Shown here piece by piece: positions 1 through 13,154 of a stretch of DNA of 64,000 bases (the stretch's first letter is position 1; each line of letters opens with the position of its first letter). Source of the stretch: Balanoglossus misakiensis (taxonomy: Eukaryota; Animalia; Hemichordata); assembly GCA_040954595.2 (NCBI GenBank), contig CM082587.2:3542275-3606274 (forward strand), written 5' to 3'. The notes under the pieces are model-generated. The model made no database searches. It saw only the letters and a list, made by a program, of their open reading frames with translations, and was not told where the DNA came from. Position numbers and translations under genes: made by a program.

Positions 1-15
1 GGCTCTGACGACGTA

Positions 16-97
16 TGACGTCATAGCGGTTTAATGGTCTTCCTGATACGCAAGAACCTTCATCCGGGACATCTGATTGATTATGCCAATGACGTCA
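16..97. promoter_or_regulatory. Two full palindromic CRE sites (TGACGTCA at 16-23 and 90-97)
   Basis: Exact CREB/ATF consensus twice within 82 bp. Target gene unknown; the sites lie about 650-720 bp upstream of the TATA of LU copy 1. Confidence 0.35.
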
Positions 98-737
98 TCC
101 ATACGTTCTACAATTTGTGGTGGCTGCCTTCTGGTTACTGACTAGTATTAATTGCATAGCTAATAAATAAGCTCATCGTATCAAATTGCAATGTCATGGT
201 TATACTAACTTAATTAAAGCTCCATTAACTGTATCTTTTCAAATGTTTTCAGTATTTTTGTTTTGTGTATCTACTGAAGTTTCTTTTTCAAATCCTTGAA
301 ACACGATGAAATGCCCAGAGTCCAGCTTCAAGTCCGGACTAGAATTTATTTGTCAACAACAACAATGGCCGTAACACACATGCTATGTTGACAAGGGAGC
401 TATTGGGCATTCAATTTTCTGAATGATACTGCCACTCATTGGATTCATACCAACAGAAATTCGACGGTGTAAGGTAGTTTAAGGGTCATAAAAATGTATC
501 TGGTGATCACGATATACTATCTCGTGACTGCGAGATAAAATTTATAATTCTGCAATACGCAATGTCCCTTACGGGCTTTTCATATACCCGCTTCCGCGTG
601 ATAATATCAACACCGACCATCGGAAAACTGTAAAGCTGAAGAAATGATCACACGCATGCGACGAGCAAGCAGATGGTGGCCCTGTAACACCCACTGGTTT
701 TCAGAAATTCCTTTTTAAAATGTTGATCTGGACACGT

Positions 738-744
738 TATATAA
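738..744 (+). promoter_or_regulatory. TATA box of LU copy 1 (conserved in copy 2 at 5152-5158)
   Basis: TATATAA present in both duplicates, upstream of the shared non-coding first-exon donor. Confidence 0.55.
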
Positions 745-955
745 CTTCTAAAACTCTCCGCCGCTAGACTCCATTCTCTGACAATCGTTGGTGTAACTAC
801 TGGGACAACAGTGTAAGGTATGGGATGTGTTTTTAAAACATTGGTTTTGCAATTCATTGCTATATCGTTCATTACTGGGTTCCGTGTGTGTTTTCTTTGA
901 TCTATCATACTACTAGTATGTCACATTGCTTTACGTTATGTCTTCCAGATAAATA

Positions 956-2056
956 ATGTTGCGAATCTTCTTGGTTGTTTCGATTTCTATCTTTGCATTG
1001 CAGCTGATTAAGCCAGGTCGGTAAATTCATGTGCACGTCTCATATTTTCATCCTAGTGATTCCACTTTTATGTAACAATTGAATTGCATTTTCATTTCAT
1101 TGCATTGATATATCAATGACTGGACAAATGATACACAAGGATCAATTATAACACCCAGTTTCTTTCACAGGTGTGGCACAATGTGGAGATGGTGGAAATG
1201 AAGTGTGTGGTAAGTGTATGTCGAGGAAGTTTTTTTTCTGTTATGGCTTCAAAGAGGAGCATCGTCGCATTTGCGGCTGCGCGTATGGAACCCGTTAGCC
1301 CAGTTGGCATTGGTTGGAATGACTCAAAAGCTGTCAACTATGAACGTACAGGAATCAAATTCATGCACTCTATTCTGGCGACAAATGAGTTGCTGGAGAC
1401 ATAAGAACAAACTCTAATACGTTTATTTATCGTTTAATATGACTGGTCCAGCGTGCCAAACATGTGGAAGATGGAAAACCTTGTGGACAGGGCCACTAAG
1501 CTGTGGCACTGATGTGACTAGCCAAACCATCTGTGCAGCCAATGTAATTATCGTTTCCTTCGTATTCTCCATCATTCGGTTCTGATTAACTTTTGCTTGT
1601 GCATAAAACGTATCTTCTACTCACACACACACACTCTCTCTCTCTCCCCAGGAAACATGCGTAACCCGTATGAAGCAGCGCAGGACTGGTAAAATTAAAG
1701 TATGGTATGGCTGCAAAACATTAAAGGTACAACTATTTTACCAATACCGTTTAACGAAAGTCACATGCAAAAGCCAAGTTTATCATAGCTGAACAGATAA
1801 TACCGGGATTAACCGGTACATTCAGGTCTTTCTACGTCAGGAAAATGTGCGTCTTTGTCATCAAAGGGGTCATCTGATACAAGCAATTTTTCCATATTGT
1901 TTATAGCGATGCCTACGCCTACAGTCATTCAACATGCCGGGCTGCTACGAAACTCCAATCGAAGTTGATGATGCCAGAGGGTGTACCTTTTGCTGCAACA
2001 CCGAAGGATGCAACAACTTGCCCCTCTCAATGGATAACGTCGTTGCTGCTCAGTGA
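956..2056 (+). CDS. Secreted three-finger (Ly6/uPAR) protein, ~138 aa, with LDLa modules deleted
   Basis: Exons 956-1016 ([20 protein letters not shown] signal peptide), 1171-1209 (GVAQCGDGGNEVC), 1452-1543, 1652-1726 and 1907-2056 splice in frame with GT-AG. The 12-Cys domain ends CTFCCNTEGCN, the LU hallmark CCxxxxCN. No hydrophobic GPI tail. AATAAA at ~2183. Confidence 0.8.
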
Positions 2057-2556
2057 TTACCGGGGGTAATTGGCTCTTCCGTCGTGATGGCTTCATCCGG
2101 GATATTCGTTATCGTCCTTAGTGAATATAACTACTGTAGCAATCGTTCAGTTATCTAGATATATCTTTCCCTTTATTGCCACAATAAATATGCTGTGCAA
2201 TCAGAAGTATATTGTTCTGGTGTTTTACTGTAATTTCCCCAATCAGTAATGGTAATACCGATACACTCAGGCTGCCATGCTCGCGCGATGCGCCCTCTCT
2301 TGGTGAACTCTTCCTACCACCTGCCTGACCTCCTACCTTGTCTTACTGGACAATGTAGAAGGTCAGACAGAAATCCAGAAAACAAGCGACTGTGAGTGCA
2401 TTAGACAACTAATAACCATCAACAATATTCATATTTGTAAATGCATCGATAAAATTAGAAGTGTTCGATTTTAAGTGGACTGACTGATTACTTAACTACG
2501 AAATTATGCAAACAAGCTGTGGCCATTTGTTGTCAGGCCAGGTTAAAAGTCCATTA

Positions 2557-2928
2557 GGGGTAACCCATGATATTTAAAGGGGGGGGCTGGAGGAAATGGG
2601 TACAAATGTATATGGAAGAATATTTTTTCGACCGTTGTGAAGAGAATGTTTTCCCAAGTGTCGATTTGAAGCACGTTGTTTTTGCATATTTCTACAAACA
2701 TACAGTCACCGTGACTTGCAAAAAAAAACAAATAAACAAGTTAGTGTCAACAAAAGTGAAGATTTAGCAGGCGACAGGTCCAGGTGAAACGCATGTTTTA
2801 GTCTACCTGGAAGAACACGTGTTTTTGTAGTGCAAAGATTAAGAAATGTTTTCATAGGCGACTGGCAACATTGTTTTTTTCTTCCAAAAATCTCCCAGCC
2901 CTGCCCCAGATAGCAAATGGTCCAATCC
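2557..2928. mobile_element. Candidate non-autonomous MITE (PIF/Harbinger-Tourist-like) upstream of the MAPEG start codon
   Basis: Left end GGGGTAACCCATGATATTTAAA-G-run-CTGGAG; right end reverse complement GGATTGGACCATTTGCTATCTGGGGCAGGGCTGGGAG (degenerate TIRs). Flanked by TTA at 2554-2556 and 2929-2931. The 3-bp TWA duplication is typical of this superfamily. Confidence 0.5.
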
Positions 2929-3051
2929 TTATACACGTATGCAAAGCAGACGCTGGTACGCTGCGGACAGTACACTAGGGCAAGTACGTTAGTCACACCC
3001 AGACGAGTGTACGCGTCGCATATCTAATTACTCTACTAGAAGACAAGCAAA

Positions 3052-4414
3052 ATGGTCGCAGAGTTGAACTTCAACAACCCAACCGTGGTAGCATTCGCCA
3101 CCTATGGCGCTCTGGTCATAGCTAAAATGCTTTCCCTGTTACTTCTTACGTCATTCTTTCGAGTCATAAAAAAGGTAAGATCACATGGACACTTGCCAGT
3201 AGTACAATGTAGTAGTATTATGCAATGCAGAGCATGTTGGGCGGAGTAAGGGGTGAACCAATTGATATGGGGAGGGGGGCTGGAGAAATGTTTTTGAATG
3301 TTGCAAGTCAGCTGCAAAAAATAGTTTTGCAGTGCTATAGAAAATCGTTGGTGCATGGCATAGTGGTTGAACAAGTCTATCCACATTTTTTGTCGTATAG
3401 ATACTATGGGGAAACGCTGAGTAATGTGTAACCCATAAGACCCTAGAGCTAAAACTCAGTCCAAGGTCTACAATCCAGTTTATTTTACATGATGTGTATC
3501 ACCAGACCCAGACATTCACGCTTGTCTGAACTTTGCACCTTGAACTCTCCCTTATTGTTCGTCTGAGATCACCATACTGGTCAAATGTGCTTGTCCAATG
3601 GAAAAACAACACCTGGAATGGTTGCGAGTTCAAACAAGTTCACAAGCTTCTTTGGGGGAGAACCATTTAATTTATTTGGGGGGGGGCGGTGGAGGATATT
3701 TTGGGGGAAACGTGAACAGATAGTAAAGAGGAAAACAAAATTGCTTCTGCAGTGCCTTTTGGGAAAAGGTGGAATGGCAATCGAAAATACAATTACTGTA
3801 ACAGTTGTTGAAAATGAAAAGTTGCTGACATACCAAAATCCCCCCTCTCTCTGTCTCCCCCTCTCTCTAAACTCTTACACTTAATCATTGAAATCCGCAG
3901 AAATACGCAAATCCTGAGGATGCCAAAGTTTTTGGATTGGCCAAAGATAATGATGAAGTCAAAAAGATGGCGGCTCAGGATAGTATGGTGGAGCGTGTTC
4001 GCCGGTGAGTGCATTTTCAGGTGTACTTTTATGTCTGAACCAAATATAGGCATATTCAAATAGCGACATGTAAACATGTGCGTGTTCAACATTGCTGGTT
4101 GGTTGACAGCACTGTCCGTTGACCAATGAGCACTTTAGTGATTTCCACACCTTTTGTTCGCTTCTCTCCACAGATGTGTGTTGAATGACATGGAAAATAT
4201 CATCCCGTTCATGTTGCTGGCACCTCTGTACATCTTGACTGGTCCTGCACACGCCACAGCCCTGCTGCTTTTCCGTGTCTTTGTCGGCAGTCGTTTTGTT
4301 CACACCTTCTCTTACCTGTTTGGGCTGCAACCATTTAGAGGTGTGGCCTTCGTTGTCGGCCTGGGTGTCAATGCCTACATGATCAGCCAAGTCATAGTGA
4401 AAGGGCAGTTTTAA
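3052..4414 (+). CDS. MGST1: Microsomal glutathione S-transferase 1 / prostaglandin E synthase-like MAPEG protein, 155 aa
   Basis: Exons 3052-3174, 3901-4004 and 4174-4414. Motifs YANPEDA, VERVRRCVLNDMENIIPF, FRVFVGSRFVHT and LQPFRG match MGST1. Probable non-coding first exon ending ~2391. Confidence 0.92.
3250..3705 (+). repeat. Two further partial copies of the MITE left end (~3250-3295 and ~3652-3705) in the first coding-region intron of the MAPEG gene
   Basis: GGGGTGAACCAATTGATATGGGGAGGGGGGCTGGAG and GGGGGAGAACCATTTAATTTATTT-G-run-CGGTGGAG resemble the ends of 2557-2928. No matching right ends found. Confidence 0.4.
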
Positions 4415-4899
4415 GCACAAGAGAACGCCAATGAGAGTCAGGTCTTTTTTAATTACAATCATACATTGGTCCATATATTAGAGTTATCGGTGACATATAT
4501 GGGCCACTATACGGTCACATTTTAACTCAACTGCTAGAAGTCGCCTTTACCCAACGTTTTGACCTGCAGTGACCTTGCGAAACTGTGAATGGTCAAATTT
4601 CTGCACCAAAACAGCTGACAAACCAGGTGCACATTTTACAGATCTGGGGCAACTTGTAGGTTACAAGAAAATGCATTTAGGTTCGCTGCGATTTATAAAG
4701 TGTGTAAACATTGTAGTTTTAGTCTTTGGACGTGCAAATGATGTAAAAAGAAAATAGTGAAAACAAACTTGGTGTGTATTTAGTCGTTGATATTGGTTAC
4801 CGTCCTCCTATTTCAAAGAGGTTACCTGACAGTCTTCAAATATACATGTATATAAAATTAAGGAAAGTCAGTAAGGGAAATTTTCTGAAGAGGAAAAAA

Positions 4900-6922
4900 T
4901 CTTGTGATCACGATCAGTACTCTCTCGTGATCTCGAGATTATTTTTGTCTGTTATATATAATTTCCCTTACGGGCTTTTCATATACCATACCCGCTTCCA
5001 CGTGATTATCAACATCGACCATCGGGAGACTGTAAAGCTAAAAAACATTAACAAACGAAACTTGCGCGCATGCGACGAAAAAGCAGATGGTAGTCCAGTA
5101 AAACCCATAGTTTTTCAGTAATCCCTTCTCAGTATGCTTATTATGATACTGTATATAACTTACAAAAATCTCGCTCAACTCCACTCTCGAACAATCTTTT
5201 GGCGTGACATCAATCGTTGGTGTAACTACTGGAACAACAGTGTAAGGTATGGGATGCGTTGGTTTTTATTTTTACACATATTTTGCAATTCATTGCTATA
5301 TCGTTTACTACTTGACTGCGTGTGTTTTTTTTCTTTGAAATATTATACTATATTTTACACATTGGTTTACGTTATGTCTTCCAGATAAATAATGTTGCGA
5401 ATCTTCTTGGTTGTCTCGATTTCTATCTTTGCATTGCAGCTGATTAAGCCAGGTCGGTAAATTCGTGTGCACGTCTCATATTTTCATCCTAGTGATTCCA
5501 CTTTTATGTAAGAATTAAATTTTATTCTATTTTATTACTTTATCAATCACTGAAACTGTTACACGAGGGATCAAGTATAACACCCAGTTTCTTGCACAGG
5601 TGTGGCACAATGTTTGTCCGACGAATTCGAGTGCAACTCGGGCGAGTGTATTCCGGCCGAGTGGCGTTGTGATCAGACCGTGGATTGTGACGGAGACGAA
5701 CAAGAGGACGAGGAAGGTTGTGAAATAAGTAAGTACGGAATTCTCACTCAAGTACACATCCCCCAGGACTTTCTTAAAATGATATCAACTACATATACGC
5801 CGCCAGCCTGCTGGACAATCAGCACGAAAAGCTTATTTATTTTTCTTTCTTTCTTTCTTTCCAAGGACCTTGTTCTGGGTCGGACTTTCAGTGCACCAAT
5901 GGCGTATGTATTCAATCAAACTGTAAATGCGATGGTTTTAAAGACTGCAGAGATGGTGGAGACGAGGTGTGCGGTAAGTACTGAATTTACATTGATGAAA
6001 CATTGATGGAACGGAGCTCACGCGGGCATGATTGTTTAACGAGGGTGATCACAAAGTCAGAATGTATGACGTTTCTTTTCTTTTAAACATTTCAGGTCCA
6101 AAATGTCAAATGTGTGGGCAATGGAAAACGTTGCGGACAGAACCAATAAGCTGTGACACTATTGTGAATAACCGAACCCACTGTGAAGCTGATGTAATTA
6201 TTGTTTTCTTCATATTTCTCTTTTGCTTGTGCATAATTTATGTCATCTGATACTAAATGTGGAAATTCTCTCTCTCTCGCTCTCTCTCCTTTCACACTCA
6301 GGAATCATGTGTAACCCGTTTGAAGCAACGCAGAAATGGTAAAATAAAAGTATGGTATGACTGCCTACCCATAAAGGTAAAACCATTTACCCATAACCTT
6401 TCTAACGAGTGTCTCCAGCAATGTTCGTCAAATTCGGTGTAGCTATTTGGACATGTTACATTGAGTAGAAAGGTTCATGAAATACGCTCGTACAGTTTGT
6501 TGTTGGGAGATTTCTCTATAGTGAACTCCCCGTTTATCATAGAGTCAATATTTAACAAAACATTTTTGTATTATTTATAGCGATGCCAACGTCTTCAGTC
6601 ATTTAATACCCCTGGCTGCAACGAAACTCCAATCGAAGTGAACGATGCCAGAGGGTGTACCTTTTGCTGCGATACAGATAACTGCAACAGGTTGCCCCTG
6701 ACAACGGACGACGTCATTGCTGGTTAATTGGCTCTTCCGTTGTGATGGCTTCATCCGGCCGGCGGGATATTCGTTATCGTCCTTAGTTAATATAACTAGT
6801 GTAGCAATCGTTCAGTTATCTAGATATATCTTTCCCGTTAGTGCCATAATAAATATGCCGTGTAGTCAGAAGTATATTGTTCTGGTGTTTTACTGTAATT
6901 TACTTTCTCCAATCAGTAATGG
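4900..6922 (+). repeat. Direct segmental duplication, copy 2 (paralogous to ~500-2250)
   Basis: Aligns with copy 1; the MAPEG gene lies between the two copies. Confidence 0.95.
5392..6727 (+). CDS. Secreted LDLa-LDLa-LU (three-finger) protein, ~205 aa
   Basis: Exons 5392-5452 (signal), 5600-5728 (LDLa: [37 protein letters not shown]), 5866-5973 (LDLa: [34 protein letters not shown]), 6096-6193, 6302-6376 and 6581-6727 ([11 protein letters not shown]). All GT-AG and in frame; LDLa exons are phase 1-1. No GPI or TM tail. Confidence 0.88.
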
Positions 6923-7211
6923 CTTTACCATTGATAGATTAAAAATGCGCGTCGCCTCATGCAACCACCTGACTGAGACCTGAGAACAGAACAGTTAAGT
7001 ACATGACCAAATGAAACACTCAAGCCAAGTTTATTGTGCTACATCAAGTGTTTTTATTTCGTGCAAAAGATAACCAATTTTACACACACCTGCCAGTGGA
7101 ATCCCCTGGCTTCAAATATTCTTACAAAGGGATCCAGGATGAGGCGTTATCAAATATCACAATCAATACATTTGAAATCGTTTTACGCAACACAACTTTG
7201 GAAAGACAACA

Positions 7212-8678
7212 TCACACAAACACATCAATGGCTTTCGTGATTCTACACCTGCACAGCGGACAGTTCCTTCTGTCAACGTATTCATCATGAAGGACTTCGT
7301 ATGCACACTGTTCACACATGCACATGTGTTTGCAAGGTAATACCAGAACATTCTTTTCATTGTCTTGGCATATAACGCACAGCCTCCTGTCCCGCTCCTC
7401 TTCCAGTTCACGCTTGAGTGTTCTGACAACCCTTTCGGGATTTGCCTCTCGCTCTTGCGTCCGACCGACTGTGCTCCTCAGACGCATGCCGTGCGCGCTC
7501 GGACCCGGTGCAGTCTCGTCTTCGCTATCAAGAATTCCAAATGTATTGTGGCTCCCTGGTCTGGTTTCGGGCAAAACATAGCCTTCAGTTTCTTGTGGGC
7601 GCTGATTAGCTACAGGCAGGCGCCGCTGCCAAACGTCGTCCCCACCACGCCCCTCACCATAATCCGAGTCCTCTTCTGATTGGTCGCCGGTATGTTCACC
7701 AACATCTGATTGGTCGGCCTCATTGCCGTCACTCTCTCCTTCTGAATCTTCCTCTGTCCCATTTCTGCTGCGCTGCGCTTGGCCAACAGCTTGAAAATTG
7801 CTTAAGAGCGAGGCAAATATCCGAATAATGGGTCCAATCATTTGCACAGTGCTGCAAATGAAACTGGCAAAAGATGTGGCGGCTATCTTCAGGTACTTGA
7901 AAGTTAACACAACAACAGTTGACAGAAGCAAAAAGGCAGTCACCACTACGATATGGAATCGGTAGCTGAACATCACTTGGATGAAGCCCACAGACAAGTC
8001 TTTACACAGCAGTACAGGGGAAATGGCAATTTCTGCAGCTGTCACAACAAGCGCAGAGCAGAGTCGGACTGCTTCCTCCAAACACGCGTGCGAAACACTG
8101 AAGACTGAATAGATGAACGAAGAGCAAAGTCCGGCTCCTTCCTCCAACCACACAAGGGAAGCGCTGAAAACTGAACATATGAAAGAAGAGAGTCTCTGAG
8201 TCAGTTCTCCACTTTTCTCGCGGCCATCCTCGTACAGGTCGCCGATTTTGTCAACAAGCAACGGGGTAGAATCGATCACCATTTGGCAGAAGACGACGAA
8301 ACCCTCACAAACCCACTGAGCGAGGCTGGCACCTGCTGTCCACGTGAACTTTGCCGTAACATAACCCGCGTACGCCAGAAACTGCAAGGCAGCGTAGAGT
8401 GCTTCCACCGCTGTGGTTGTTCCGTTGTAAAGATTACAGACGAAATAAAAGGACCGCCCTGCAGCCTCAGCTACATACTCCAGAACGTCGACGAACGCCA
8501 CCGTCGCTGCCAGACAGGTAACTTTGAAGCCATTAAGGATTCGTCCCGAAGTTTCCAACACCGCTGATATTAGGTTGAAGTTAACGCTAATCAGGGTAGA
8601 CAATATACTAACCAACTGGCTTACCAAATATAATGAGAGGTCTACCAAGTCGAAAATAAAACTGAACACATCCGCCAT
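7212..8678 (-). CDS. RNF26: RING finger E3 ubiquitin ligase RNF26-like, 488 aa, single coding exon
   Basis: Uninterrupted ORF with a long hydrophobic N-terminal half, acidic linker, short coiled coil and C-terminal CVIC..LPCKHMCMCEQC..CPLCR..IDVFV RING. The intronless CDS matches RNF26. Confidence 0.85.
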   Translation of the reverse strand: MADVFSFIFDLVDLSLYLVSQLVSILSTLISVNFNLISAVLETSGRILNGFKVTCLAATVAFVDVLEYVAEAAGRSFYFVCNLYNGTTTAVEALYAALQFLAYAGYVTAKFTWTAGASLAQWVCEGFVVFCQMVIDSTPLLVDKIGDLYEDGREKSGELTQRLSSFICSVFSASLVWLEEGAGLCSSFIYSVFSVSHACLEEAVRLCSALVVTAAEIAISPVLLCKDLSVGFIQVMFSYRFHIVVVTAFLLLSTVVVLTFKYLKIAATSFASFICSTVQMIGPIIRIFASLLSNFQAVGQAQRSRNGTEEDSEGESDGNEADQSDVGEHTGDQSEEDSDYGEGRGGDDVWQRRLPVANQRPQETEGYVLPETRPGSHNTFGILDSEDETAPGPSAHGMRLRSTVGRTQEREANPERVVRTLKRELEEERDRRLCVICQDNEKNVLVLPCKHMCMCEQCAYEVLHDEYVDRRNCPLCRCRITKAIDVFV

Positions 8679-9331
8679 CGTAATTTGTACAATGTAACTC
8701 GTCGACAGACAGGGATATGATGTCCCGTAATGGCTGGAAATTAAATTTCAAAATGTTTTCGGGAGGCTTTGACAATTGTTCGCTTTGTTGTAGCAGTTTA
8801 ATCTTCTTCCGAGCTTCAGCCTAGCCATGTTTCTTGTAATTATCCTTTCAGACAAGTCTACGTGTCCAAACCACTTAAAACTTCAAACCAAGGCTTGTGT
8901 AACCTTTGACCTCATCGTAAAGTGGTATGCAAACGGGTACCTCTTTACGGCAACATTCTGTGGTCGCGGAGATAGTGACTCTGGCTCGCAAGAATGTTCT
9001 CACCCCTCCAATTTGATAAAGCATGCATATTCTATGTTTATGGTATTTCTTGTAACAATGGTAAAATTAAGCTGCGTACTGTTGGCGTTCAACCAACTGT
9101 GTGAACGTAAAACCGATGAGAAATAGCGCCACCAAACGACGAGTTTTAATTTTCCGTTCTTTTCATAGCTATCTTTATTTACAGCCAATCAGTGCAACTA
9201 CATGGAAAGCATAAAAGTGAAACTCAGGATATATGTCCCTGTGATGAAATGATCCTCCTATAAACCCCTCCTAGAAGCGAGTTGACCAATGATCCATTGA
9301 AAACAACAATTCCCTGTGTTGTGCGGCAGTC

Positions 9332-12408
<3,077 letters not shown>

Positions 12409-13154
12409 TTCGTTATGTCACGCTGGACGTTGTGTTTCATGTGCCTACGAGCAGATTTTCATTCAGTGTCTGTGAATGAATGTAACCCCTTTGGTCAACA
12501 CCAACATAACCAAGGTCAAACGTATATGACCTGGGGAATCATCGGCCACGCCCTCCACCTCTGGCGGGGGTGAGAGCGCCCTCATAAGCAAAATTTGCAA
12601 AATTTGTTTTGAGTCTATCTGCAGTTTTACACACACGTATCCGCTACCAATTATCCCAAAATAATTCAAATCGTGTGTATACAAGTTACAGCCATGCATG
12701 AACGCGAGACAAATTCTGAAAACAGGCGTGGTTTGATCCAGTGCGTATGTATACACATCATAAACATTTATGATACAGCATCTGAACCTATTACTGATAA
12801 ACACGTGGAAATTGAACTTAAGAGTTAAGCCATCTAAGGCTTTAGAGATTAAATGTTTCTGAAGCTGACTCGGTCGTTCACGTCCAATCTAGATCAGCGC
12901 TATTCAAGATAATTTTGCCACATACATTGAGCACAGCTGGTAAGTGCACTCAAGTTTGTGTTTGTCTTTCGACATACAAACTCGATCTGTCCGCGCATCA
13001 TTGTTAGGCATATATACACCAGCTGTACGTATACCTGTGTTTTGTATATCGTTCATCACACGTGTGTGGTTCAAAGGTTTTGCGGAACTGTTTTTCTCGC
13101 ATATGCGTGATATCTAATAATTTTGCCAATTTTGCTAATTTCATTTTAAGGGCC

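Larger units (their letters stand above)
500..2250 (+). repeat. Direct segmental duplication, copy 1 (paralogous to ~4900-6922)
   Basis: Promoter, non-coding exon 1 (GTGTAAG|gtatgg at 817 vs 5246), signal exon, LU exons and 3'UTR all align by eye with 4900-6922. 930-1074 is nearly identical to 5366-5510. Outer boundaries are approximate. Confidence 0.95.

Noticed and set aside
3959-4474. 171-aa - strand ORF
   Set aside because: Antisense to MGST1 exons and crosses an intron; no recognisable motif.
500-6922. LTR retrotransposon, given long direct repeats about 4.4 kb apart
   Set aside because: The repeats are spliced genes and the interior is a host MAPEG gene; no gag/pol, PBS or TG..CA ends were seen.
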